From Podarcis vaucheri (lineage: Eukaryota), in NCBI GenBank assembly GCA_965113315.1, contig OZ220364.1: a stretch of 64,000 nucleotides of DNA. One strand, given 5' to 3'. Below are positions 1 through 11,140 of this stretch, in pieces (positions within the stretch are counted from its first letter, which is position 1; the number at the start of each line of letters is the position of its first letter). Made by a program: the position numbers and the translations under genes. The notes beneath the pieces are model-generated. The model did not search any database. It had not been told where the DNA came from and saw only the letters and a list, made by a program, of their open reading frames with translations.

Positions 1-21
1 GGTTTTTTGAAAGTGACAGAG
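1..21 (+). CDS. ACSL6: ACSL6 coding exon, 3' end only (…GFLKVTE), truncated by window edge
   Basis: GGT TTT TTG AAA GTG ACA GAG|gtgaat; GFLKVTE precedes the gate exons in ACSL6; phase 0 donor at 22. Confidence 0.85.
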
Positions 22-1968
22 GTGAATATTCTATCTGATTTATTTATGTTGCAAAAAAAAAATCAGCAGAATGTATAACATGCAGTGAATCGGTTACTTT
101 GATGTGGAAACAGCTACCGGATGTGAAACTGCCTTTTTGAGAGGTCCTCCTTGCCTTGGTGCATCTGGTGATACTCTTTCAAACAGAGCTGGGTTGAGTG
201 TTTTTTTTGCAGGATGCTGAAATCTCCAGATCCATCAAAATAATTCAGGTATCAGTTAAGATACTAGCCTACAATTGTCAGTGAGTCTTTTTCTACATAG
301 AAAAGGTTTCAGAATTTTGTTTAAGTCTTTATCCTCTTTTGTATGAGGATAACATCCCAACTTGACGATAAAGTTAGAAATATTTTGGAAAGAGGGAAGC
401 AAATCAGGGCTGGAGCAGTGTGTCCTCAGCTTCAAAATGAGATAGCAGTCCGTGTTACCTAAAATGAGTCACAGAACTCTGAACGCTTCTTCTCTTTGTG
501 CTCTGGAATAATTGCCAATAGGAATGTCATTTTCCATCATTCTCTGTCTGTCTCTCTCTCTGTACTCCAGATTGGAGTATATACCATAAATGTATTTCCT
601 ACAGTAAAGCTTCATCTGCATTGCTGAAAAACCTCAGTCTCGTGCAGTGCCTTGTTAGGTGCACTGATAGTCCTTCCCATTGTATTTACCAACTCTTCTA
701 ACTGGTTGACTTTTGCTTTCTTAAAGCATGGGTCCTACAATTAATGCAGTAGCAGGAAGCATGGTGGGGCAGTGCCACTCATCTGACCTCCCTCCAACTG
801 AATCACTACTGCATGCCATGATGTTGCGGGACAGTGGCAAGGCAGTACAGTGCAAATGTACCAGCAGGAGCACTATATTAGTTCTGCAGGCACATTGGCA
901 CTGTGCTGACCTTAGTGGCATCTTGCTCCTTCCCCTCTCCATCCTGGTATGCAGCAGCGACTCAGTCAGAGGAACTTCAGCTGAGTGGCAGAGGCCTACC
1001 ACGCTGTCAGCTTCTGTATTTATGTAAGTCATAATTCATAGGGGCTTACATGGATATAATCCCCTGTAAGACTGTGAGGAGTTATCAGCGTAATATGAGA
1101 AGGAAATGTAATTGTAAAATGTAACCACAGGTGATTCCTTCTGTGCATTGCTCTTCTTAGTTTGAATCTGAAATAATGTAATGTATTTGGGGGTTAAATG
1201 AGAACCTAGAATCAATGATGGGTTGTAAAAATAGGATCAAATTATGCAACATCAAAGCATTGTTAAATCAAAGGATTTGTCCAGCCTTAGCAAGAATGTG
1301 TTGGACTGTTCATGAAAGTTTAGTACAATTGAGGAACATGTTCTCTCTGTTCCTGGATGAATCCTGTTTGTAGAATCACTATAAACAGGATTAAAAACTC
1401 CACATTTTAGATGTGTGATTTATGATCACTGTCGTTTCAGTTAGTTTGCCATGATTTCCATAGCCTAAATAAATAAATAAATAAATAAATAGTAGCTTAA
1501 AGGTTGGTAGCTTAATCCTTTTTGCCATTCATGAGCATGTTTAGTGTTATGGGCTGGGCTTACAATTCCGTAGCAGTTTAATTCCACGTTAATTACCCTT
1601 CAAGTGCCCTTATGGATAACGTGGATCAAACTCACTTTCCTTTAAAAAAAAAATGAACAAAAGAGAGGAAGATAAAAAGATGGCCTCTTCCAGTGAGAAA
1701 ACTTTGTGATCATGGTAGCAAAAATCTGCTGGGTATTAACTAATGTTACATTATCATTTAAAGTTGATATCCAAGTGCCGATTTAAACCATAGCAGGAGT
1801 CTAATACTTTAAGTCTGCAAGATTAGCTCATAAGGTTGCCTTCTTTTTCTCTCCCTAGTAGGATTTCTGTGCCAAGCTGCCTGGTAGGAAAAATCTAATC
1901 TATTAAATTTTGGTTATCAAATTGCCTTTGTATCCCCGCAAAGTGTCACTTGCTACATTTCTATTGAA

Positions 1969-2160
1969 GAACATAGGAAGCTGTCTTATAAACTGAGTCC
2001 GACCATTGGTCTATCTGGCTCAGTAGCTAACACTGACTGGCAGCAGCTCTCCAGAATTTCAAACAGGAACCTTTTCCAGCCCTACCTGGAAATACAAGGG
2101 ATTGGACCTGGAACTTTTTGCAAGCAAAGCACATAGGTTCCAGCACTGAGCCACAGTCCT
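1969..2160 (-). mobile_element. tRNA-derived squamate SINE (Squam3-like)
   Basis: Reverse complement of a GTAGCTCAGTG…TTTGCATGCA…AAGGCAGCTTCCTATGTTC-type element; related copies at 2325, 17404, 32330(-), 53531 and 59091. Confidence 0.7.
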
Positions 2161-2324
2161 GCTTATCGGGTAGCTTATTAGTGGCAAAAGAATCCTGCCA
2201 GGTAGGGGTGAGGATCCTGTCAACCTTATGATCCAATCTTCTGGTTTTGAGCTGTACTAATGCTCAAATGGGCATTTGGAAATAAAGTTTAAATCATTTG
2301 GCATACAAGGTGTACAAAAAAGAT

Positions 2325-2465
2325 CTGCTGTAGCCGAGTGGTGCAGGACACACTTTGCATGCAAAAGATCTTCGGTTCAATTCACAGCATCTGCCCGCAG
2401 GGCTGTGGAGGACTCCTGCCTGACAGTCTGGAAATCTGCATCCAGTCAGTGCAGAGCGATAGACT
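2325..2465 (+). mobile_element. tRNA-derived squamate SINE (Squam3-like), 3' truncated
   Basis: TGTAGCCGAGTGGT…CTTTGCATGCAAAAG…GGTTCAATT…CCAGTCAGTG. Confidence 0.65.
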
Positions 2466-2921
2466 GTGGCTTCCCATGCTCCCAAGTCAGGTGAATGTTG
2501 GCACTCAGCTTTGTTGTTTAGCAACCGGACACCTTTGCAGGAAACCTCTTAGGAGAAAAGAGCTATGCCTTACCTTGGAATATCACAGGGCAACAGAAGT
2601 GTCAAGGACAGAGGACAAGAAGCCCAAGCGCATTGGTCGAAGGGCATGCTCACCACCCAGCTCTCCACACATGCTCTGCGCAGTGGAGAGCGCTCTCTGC
2701 ATACGTCCCTGTGTTCTTCACCACTCCTGCTAACATAGTTCCATTGGTGTTGTGGCCTAACGCATTACTTCAAACACTGTTCTCTTTTTTCTCGCTTAAT
2801 AATCTTTACCCCTTTTGCTCCTCTTGGTGCCATTTTTCTTTTTTATTGTTTTATGACTTTCTTGTTGTGTCTTCCTGTCAGTGTTTCTTTCCTTTCTGTC
2901 TCCCATGCCCTTCATCTGCAG

Positions 2922-2999
2922 AAAGTGATCTTTCCGAGACAGGACGATGTGCTCATCTCCTTCCTGCCTTTGGCTCACATGTTTGAAAGAGTGATACAG
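2922..2999 (+). CDS. ACSL6: ACSL6 mutually exclusive F-gate exon KVIFPRQDDVLISFLPLAHMFERVIQ
   Basis: ctgcag|AAA…CAG|gtaaga, 78 nt, phase 0/0; S-F-LPLAHMFE gate motif. Confidence 0.96.
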
Positions 3000-3062
3000 G
3001 TAAGAAACCTGTCTAGACTGACCCGGGCCTTGCGGGGCTCCTTGTTTTTGTTTTTTTTCCAG

Positions 3063-3140
3063 AGTCAGTGGTCTCCTACATTTGAGGATGCACACATTTC
3101 CTATTTGCCTTTAGCACACATGTTTGAGAGAATGGTACAG
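3063..3140 (+). CDS. ACSL6: ACSL6 mutually exclusive Y-gate exon SQWSPTFEDAHISYLPLAHMFERMVQ
   Basis: ttccag|AGT…CAG|gtaagg, 78 nt, phase 0/0; S-Y-LPLAHMFE gate motif, paralogous to the exon at 2922. Confidence 0.96.
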
Positions 3141-3519
3141 GTAAGGTCTTAGTGTCAGTGGAAGTCCACTAATTCCCCTTGATCAATGAGTCTGCTAATG
3201 GTCACATTTGTATGCCACACTAAACTGTAGTTTAGCATGATGCGCATAAGCTGCACAGAGCTGCAGTGTCAGGCTTACACACTCCTCCTCCTCCGCATGT
3301 CTGAGAAAAGGAGTGATTTCAACATGGTCAGTTTCCACAAGCCCTGTTCAAAGCACAGTTTCTGAAGCTGTATTGTTTAAACTAACCATAGTTAACATTA
3401 AGAACAGCTCTAGGCTTAGGCAACATGGGAAACAGCGCTTAACCAAAAGTGAAGGCTTTTGAACTCCTCCTCATGGCTGCATGGAAGTAAGAGAGGGGAG
3501 GGGAGGGAAGAGCCTGAAG

Positions 3520-3655
3520 CAAGCATAGGCAAACTCAGCCCTCCAGATGTTTTGGGACTACAACTCCCATCATCCCTAGCTAAAAGGACCAATGATCAGG
3601 CATGATGGGAGTTGTAGTCCCAAAACATCTGGAGGGCTGAGTTTGCCTATGCCTG
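3520..3655. mobile_element. Palindromic hAT-type MITE
   Basis: 51-bp perfect inverted arms 3523-3573/3602-3652; 8-bp TSD GCCTGAAG/GCCTGAGG; diverged copies near 16574, 22863, 25930, 27716, 30778, 39650, 41417, 43357, 48678 and 53962. Confidence 0.85.
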
Positions 3656-4496
3656 GCCTGAGGCTTAATGCTGCCTGTGCACATCCATGGTTTAGCCATG
3701 GTTTGGGTTTTACCGTGGATTCAGTGGCTGCAATCTGGTTTGCAACTACAGCCTGTCTACTGTAAAAGTAAAAACACTTACACTCCAGAAATGCCATGGG
3801 CTATTTGACAGGGGGAATTTTCAAGCCCCAGTTCTTTGGCACCACCCCAGACAATATCTCCCAACTTCCAGCTTCTGCAGAACCTGTCTGCTGCAGCATA
3901 ACGGGATACTGACTGCTCCGAAACTAGTGTTGAAATTTCTAGTGGACTTAAACACGACTGAATAAGCATTCTTTTATTCCACTGACTTAAAGCTGGGTCT
4001 GAAGAAAACTGTCCCCAACAGAGCCTGAATCACAGCACCAAGTGTAGTTTTCCTTTAGCAAGGAAACAAATATCAACAAATAAAGGTCTCTTTTGAAGAA
4101 ACTTTTATATGAATTTGAGATTAATCCAGTTACCATGCAAAAGAACGGAAAGGCCCAAAGGTTAAATAATAACAACATATTATTTTCTGAGAGAGGCTAG
4201 AAATTGGACAGCTCTTGATAACAGATTTGGGGGTGGGGAGGAGAAAAATGCCTCCCTATCCCGTTCTGCTGAGATATTCCTTCTGTCAATGGACAGGCAG
4301 CATTGAGTACTCCCCTACAGAAATTAACAACCGGAGAGGCAGTTTTCATAAGCACCATAATGACAGTGGCTGCTGCCAGTTCATAAATCATCTGGTTCAC
4401 ATATTACATTGTCTATGCTAACATATACTGGGAAAAGTACAAGACCCTTTGCATGGAGGTGTCCTGGCTCCCACCCAACACACAGAAACCCTAATG

Positions 4497-4903
4497 TGTG
4501 AGTAAGACGAGATGTTTATTCACGCAAGTAATGGTACAAGGTCAGCAGAAGACAAAGAGTTCAGGAATCAGGGAATACTTTCAGAACTGGATGGAAGCAA
4601 CAAAGATGTCCTGACAGGTTTCATGCCCCACCCACTAACCTTTTAAAGGCATGGCATGCTCACTCACAAGATTCACTCACTTTGTAGGAATGTCAGAATT
4701 GCAACCATGTGCAGGGTGGGTGGGTCTGCTCCCTTCTGCGAAAGTGGCAGCTGCTTCTAGGCAACATTACTGCACCCTAGGCTCCAGATTCCCTGTCTAG
4801 CAACGCCTGATCTCACCATTCAGGTCTCCTTTCAGTTTCCTCCTCCGATGTTGGGGCTTGCCAATCCAAACCTGATCCCAATCACACAGCAGAGATCTTA
4901 ACA
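4497..4903 (-). mobile_element. Probable solo LTR
   Basis: TG…CA ends, near-TSD TAATG/TTATG, minus-strand poly(A) signal at ~4515. Confidence 0.4.
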
Positions 4904-5063
4904 TTATGACCAAATGACCCATACTAAATGACCCAGATCAAGGAGAGCTATTCATAAACACGCAAATAATGCTTAAGAAAGCATTGTTTAAATGAGCAGG
5001 AAGAATAGTCACTATGTATGTGATTAAACTAAAATTTATTTTTTTCTGCTTTTCCCATCACAG

Positions 5064-5198
5064 TCTGTAGTGTATTGCCATGGCGGGCGAATTGGGTTCT
5101 TCCAAGGGGACATCCGCCTACTGTCTGATGATATGAAAGCACTGCGTCCCACCATATTTCCTGTTGTGCCAAGACTGCTGAACAGGATGTATGACAAG
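5064..5198 (+). CDS. ACSL6: ACSL6 exon SVVYCHGGRIGFFQGDIRLLSDDMKALRPTIFPVVPRLLNRMYDK
   Basis: cacag|TCT…AAG|gtaagc, 135 nt. Confidence 0.96.
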
Positions 5199-6496
5199 GT
5201 AAGCCTAACGTATGTTTTAGCGATTAAAATAATCAGTGATGGTCTACAGTTCTGTTACCCAATTAAGTTAAGTGGACCTACTGAATACTACTTTTTTGCA
5301 TCTTGAATTCTTTGGCTGCTTTGTTTTCCGCTTTGCTGTAAATCAGCAGAAACAAACTTACACAGAGTTATCACATTTGAAAAGTGAAACAAACTCCCAA
5401 GTTATACCTAGCTTTGTGCATTACTGTTTATTACATGTAGTCAGTATAACTTGCACATCCTCAGTATGAGTTTCCCTTCTGTCTGATGTTGTAGCTTAGC
5501 AGATAGGATACTGAACAGAAGAAACTTGTGCCTCTAGTTCCACCACCTATGTTTTTCTATGCCTGAAGATTATTATTGCTAGCAGGATGCCCAGAAGGTG
5601 AGCTTTGACTTGTGAAGGCATGGTCTGTTAATCAAAGCTGTTTCGCTTACTAAATTAATGTATTGGTACACACAACGGAAAGGAGTTTTAAAGTGATTTC
5701 AAGAAAAGCACAAAATTACATTATAAAAATATTCATACAAACGATATAGCACCCAGTCTGCTTTATCAGAGAAGCTCCCTTTCCACCGACTTGCAAAAAG
5801 CAAGTGTTAAGGTGTCATGTGCAATATTATTAGGGCTGTTTGTGAGCGGGGAATTAGCATCCCAGTCAGACTTAAAAACCTTTCTCCTGAGCAGCCTCAA
5901 GTTTCTACATGCAAGCCTCCTCACTACTGGGCCATGGGAAGTTTCTGACAGGGAGCCACTGTAGACTCTTTCCAGCACTCTGTGCCTTGTTTGTAAGCAG
6001 GGAATGTGCACTAGAGCAAGGTGATGTTATCAATACGTTCTCAGCTGTCACCATGGACTGATTGGTGCTTTACATGCATGGGGTGCTGCTAAGCTGTGAA
6101 AGGTACACAACAGGAAATTTTCCAGAGATGATTTCCAGGAGTGTCTGTTAAGAGTTGACCTACTTTCTATTTTCTAATAATGTTATGACTGCACTATGCT
6201 TGATTTACCTGTCATATCCGGAAACTATGAATGTGATACACATTTATTATTGGTACCCAGTTCTCATATAGGTTTTCTGTATCCACCCCCCTAGAAACAA
6301 AACAGACTTCTAGATACAATTTATATATTTTTTGTTTGGAAATTGATTCAACGTTCTTTCTTTTTCTTTAATCTGATGTGGAAGGCAAGCATGTGTACAT
6401 CATACTGCAACATTTGCCAGTAAAATACTTTGGGGTGGTGATGGTGGGGCTGACTTCTGGTGAAATCTCGTCTATCTGGATAGTCAGTAGAGAAGG

Positions 6497-6497
<1 letters not shown>

Positions 6498-6528
<31 letters not shown>
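6498..6528. repeat. (TG)n microsatellite
   Basis: Direct reading; other simple repeats at 1467-1490 (AAAT), 16398-16445 (TG/GA), 19224-19280 (CT/CA), 47794-47814 (GT) and 50826-50855 (GA). Confidence 0.95.
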
Positions 6529-6531
<3 letters not shown>

Positions 6532-7303
6532 AACCAGCCAATGATAACATTTATATTTATTGCTTTGCCCACTTCCACCTGTGGCCCCACCCAATCCTGG
6601 AATGTGGCCCTCAGCAAGGACTGTGTCCCGTGGGCTGCTGAAGCCTGTACATTTCTTTGCTTTTTCACATCTTTGCTGTGTACCAGCATTGTATACCTGA
6701 GAGTGGATTTGCAAGCAGGAAAAGGAGATTGTGAATCAACACACCTGAAGTTGTAACAGCAACGTGAAAGAAGTCTGACTTCCACTCCCTAACATTTTTG
6801 CATGTGGGGCTGTTTATAAAATGATTTCTGATGAATCTTAGGTTGGTTTGACATGGAGATTTGCCATAATTGCCACTTCATAAAACATTAATAAAAATAA
6901 CAGCCAGCCACAATTAGCTCATTAACAGACTGGGAACTGCTCTGCAGCAGCCAGATGTTTCTATTCTGTTGTTACAATATCCCCAATAATTCTATATAGC
7001 TGTGCCAAGCTAATTACACAATGGAAGCCCTTGGGATACCTTAATCTCTATACATACTTTTCAGTGATTTTGTTTTCCCTTAGAAGAGAACAGAAAGCAT
7101 AATTCAAAGTGAATTGCAGCAGAAGAGCTTTATTGTTAACTTTTAGCAGTGGTATAGTTATGATTAATTCAAACAATTAATTATACTGCTGGCATCTGTG
7201 GGGCCCTGTCTGCTTATGCCAGTGATAAATTTGGTGCCGCTTCCCTTTTAAGCTGTGCAATCTTTTCTCTCTCCCCACGCCCTGCCATTCTGCATTCTCT
7301 TAG

Positions 7304-7438
7304 ATCTTCAGTCAAGCAGACACCCCACTGAAACGCTGGCTTCTGGAATTTGCTGCCAAGCGTAAAAAGGCAGAAGTTCAAAGTGGAATAATCAGAAATG
7401 ACAGCCTGTGGGATAGACTATTCTTTAATAAAATACAG
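7304..7438 (+). CDS. ACSL6: ACSL6 exon IFSQADTPLKRWLLEFAAKRKKAEVQSGIIRNDSLWDRLFFNKIQ
   Basis: cttag|ATC…CAG|gtaagg, 135 nt. Confidence 0.95.
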
Positions 7439-8594
7439 GTAAGGATCTGGAAAAAAATGGGCACTTGTGCAAGGAACCCTTTACGAAAATGAAATTGTAC
7501 ATGAAACTAGAAAAATTACCGGGGGGGGGGGCAACCTTTCCCAGAGAGCCTTCTTGCCCTGTAATGGATTGGGCTTTGGCCCCAGCAGCATTTTTTATGG
7601 GTGAGGCCTTTGAGTGGAATTGTTATTCAAATGAATGGAGACAAACCTTGGGCTGAGTGGGTCCCAGTCACTGAATGGGTGTTTGCCCCCTAGCAACAGT
7701 TTTACTGTCCTTCAAAGGAGCTGGAAGTCTCTTTCAGTCTGGATTTTAATCTAAACTGGAGAATCTGGCTGCTCCCTAACTTAATTTTCAGGCATTAGCC
7801 ATGGCACCGCCCTGTCTTGCAACAGACAGAAGCAACTTGTTTAAGAGTCAACTAATCTTTCACTCTCTATCGGCTGTTTAGTTTTATGCAAGTTCACAAG
7901 TACCTAAACTGTGAAAATCACAGGAAATGTTGCTATCAAAGTGACTAATTCAGGATTGCTGGAGTAAACAAAGAGACCCCAAATAGGCGCCATTCTTCTT
8001 ATAGAATCCCGATCCACTTATTGTGAAAATTCGCATACCAAAAGTGAAACTTATTGTAGCTTTAAGGAGATTGTTCATCAGTGCAAATATTTCTGCTTAC
8101 CTGATAGAACAATCTCATTCCTGCTCGCCTGTGTGCTGTTCTGGGGTTACTTTCAACCCCCCAGAGCACATTTGGGAGCACGGCATGAAGCAAGAAATGA
8201 AGCCATTACTAGAAACACAAAAGGAAAGCTTGGACCAGTAAGAAGCAAGATCATATTCAGAGTCTATCAGAAGGTCTCAAATACATTAGTTAAGAGTTTT
8301 ACTCAACAGTACTTGCTCCAACCAATTGTGTGCTCCTCCAAAAAAAATTGTAATGATAAAAAATTATAAGCAAGAAACAAAAATACAAGGTTGTAGCTAG
8401 CTGTGGCTTTGCAGTAATAGAAAATGCTTATGATTGTGTACGGTGGGGCATCAAATTTTCACCCATTGTTCCTACCTCCTGCACCTCTGTATCTTTTCCC
8501 ATGCTATTTGGAACGGCTCTGTAGGGACTGCAGTAGGTAAGGAATCCATGAAAATTGGATGTCATGGTTTGCATGAGGGTACACTTTCTGCTAG

Positions 8595-8956
8595 GGACAC
8601 GGGTGGTGCTGTGGGTAAAACCTCAGTGCCTAGGACTTGCTGATTGTATGGTCGGCGGTTCGAATCCCCGTGGTGGGGTGTGCTCCCATCGTTCGGTCCC
8701 AGCTCCTGCCCACCTAGCAGTTCGAAAGCACTCCTAAGTGCAAGTAGATAAATAGGGACCGCTTTATAGTAGGAAGGTAAATGGCGTTTCCGTGTGCTGC
8801 GCTGGTGCTGGCTCGCCAGAGCAGCTTCGTCACGCTGGCCACGTGACCCGGAAGTGTCTTCGGACAGCGCTGGCTCCCGGCCTCTTAAGTGAGATGAGCG
8901 CACAACCCTAGAGTCGGGCACGACTGGCCCGTACTGGCAGGGGTACCTTTACCTTT
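8595..8956 (+). mobile_element. Sauria SINE, full length
   Basis: tRNA-like head with B box GGTTCGAATCC, (ACCTTT)n tail, 15-bp TSD TACACTTTCTGCTAG at 8580-8594 and 8956-8970. Confidence 0.92.
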
Positions 8957-9126
8957 ACACTTTCTGCTAGTGCAAAACCATTACTGGATACAGACAATCC
9001 AGTTTTATTTGACATGAAAATAGAATACTCTACAGCCCATATTATGCATTCAGAACTACACTCCCTCCCCTCCCCATTTCTCCCAGAACATCATTCACCT
9101 AGGCTGAGGTGTGTGTGTGTGTTATG

Positions 9127-9755
9127 TGTGGCAAGGTCAGGAATGTTTGCGTGGCGAGGCCCTGGGCCCCGCAGTTACATTAGATAATAAACACACAGAC
9201 ACAAATGTTTAGGTTAATGGGATAAAACAGGCCACAACTTTATTGGTTACAGATGTGAGTGGCTTGGCTCAGGCATTGAATGAAACCGGACTATATCCTG
9301 ACTCCTGCACATCTGCCAGGAGTCTCATAAGGGTAAACCACTGGTAGGGGGAGCCCTATGATATACACTGAATAAGAGCTCCCCCAGGGTCCCCGATGGG
9401 GTCGTGGCATGGCTTTGGACAGGATCCACACGTCCGGGTCCCTTTAACAGGATACCCTTAACGTGGAGGGGCAGGCGGAGGCAACAACCTCCCCTCCCAT
9501 AAACAAGGCTTACCCAATGCCTAACCGCCACTCAAGCCCTAAAGGCTCGCCGCCAACTTAAATGGCTAGTGGCCATGCCCCCGGCCAACCTGATTGGCCA
9601 GCCGGGGGCGTGATGCGGCTGGGAGTCCCTATGACTTGGGCGGCATCCCTCCACCCACAGCTGGGTTACTGGGAGGTCCTGGATGCACTCCTGCAACACT
9701 GTTACCCCCACCCCCGGAAGGGGAGCAGACTTCCAGCATGCAGTGTGATCTTCAT
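9127..9755 (-). mobile_element. LTR-like (Gypsy/DIRS-type) terminal repeat; related copy on the + strand at ~14270-14810
   Basis: The reverse complement of 9190-9280 (CAATGCCT…GTTGTGGCCTGTTTTATCCCA…TGTGT…ATTAT) aligns by eye to 14670-14760; minus-strand AATAAA at 9239-9244. Confidence 0.45.
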
Positions 9756-9925
9756 AAATGTGGGAGAGGAAAGAGGTCTGGAAATATAGGCATAAACTAT
9801 TCGACTAGATCTAACGGGTAGGCTGATCTTTGTTGTCCCTGAAAGCCCAAAGTATACTATGCAAATATGTACAATAACTTCTTTATGCTATATGCTGTTT
9901 TTTCAAAGTTCTCTTTGCCCAACAG

Positions 9926-10021
9926 GCCAGCCTGGGCGGCTGTGTTAGGATGATTGTAACAGGAGCTGCTCCTGCTTCTCCCACTGTTCTGGGCTTCCTT
10001 CGAGCAGCCCTGGGATGTCAG
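9926..10021 (+). CDS. ACSL6: ACSL6 exon ASLGGCVRMIVTGAAPASPTVLGFLRAALGCQ
   Basis: aacag|GCC…CAG|gtatgt, 96 nt; TGAAP motif. Confidence 0.95.
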
Positions 10022-11067
10022 GTATGTTGTACCTGTACATTTATCCAGTTGCACTTTTTATTTCCTAGCTAGAAGTTCCGCTACCATTAGGGGAAAGCTA
10101 GATTGTTAAAAATGAGCTGTGGTATTAACTAATAACACTGTGGGAACTAAACACATCCATAATGGAAATAGGGAGAGTTAAGTATTAGGACCATATAAAG
10201 AGCCATGTTTACATACAGCAAGTCCCTTGCAAAAGTAATATGCTAATGGTAAAGATCTGATCAGAACTTGTGTCTAGATTTTAATTTACAGTTCAGATCA
10301 GGTGGGGGAGGTACTATAGACAGATTGGGGCCAGATTTGTCTGCCTTCCAGTTCTGTCTAAGGGGAATCCCCCTCCTTGGATGCCCCTGTGTTTCCTAGA
10401 TACCATTGAAGATCTCCCTTTTTAAGAAACAAGATGGATGCACCCACCCTTCTTAAATGGGTGTTCAAGGTGGCCGGGATGCTGAGTAAGACAAACCCAG
10501 CTTGCAGTGTCTTTCCTTTTTCTTTAGCAGCAACCACCGACAGGCTTTTGCAGGTGTGGGCAGAGGCCTGTAGCACTAAACTTGACCAATAATTGGCTCA
10601 TGCCATTCTCAGCCAGGTACTAGTGGCTTTCCTAGCTTGCAGTACAAGTTCCAAGGTGCATCCTCTTCAGCTGCTCTCAGAGTTCCTACAAAGGAGAGAT
10701 TTCTCCTCCATCTTTACTGTCTTTCTCCATCTCTAAATTCAGCAATCAGAAGCTATTATTGTTCACAATTGTAATTTAGATTGTGTTCTTCCTGAGTCCC
10801 AACACTGGAGAGAAAAGTATTTATTACTCATTTATTTATTTTTGGCCTTCAAATAAAATGGTGAAATTAGCATCATCTTGTTTAAATGATGCAGGCCTCT
10901 GAATACCTGTTCTGCCTCTGAATACCAGTTGCTGAGGATCGCAAGTGGAAGAATTCGGCTGTCCACTTGTTCTGCTCGAAGGCTTCCAATAGGCATCTGA
11001 TTTGACTAGATGGACCTTTGGTCTGACCCAGTAAAGTTGTTCTTATTTTCTTACATACTTTTGACAG

Positions 11068-11140
11068 GTCTATGAAGGCTATGGTCAGACAGAATGCACA
11101 GCTGGCTGTACCTTCACTACTCCAGGGGACTGGACATCAG
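11068..11140 (+). CDS. ACSL6: ACSL6 exon VYEGYGQTECTAGCTFTTPGDWTS(G)
   Basis: gacag|GTC…TCAG|gtaata, 73 nt; GYGQTE adenylate-binding motif. Confidence 0.96.

Noticed and set aside
721-1032. Overlapping antisense ORF pair of about 100 aa in an ACSL6 intron
   Set aside because: No splice signals, motif or homology; expected by chance or derived from an old repeat.
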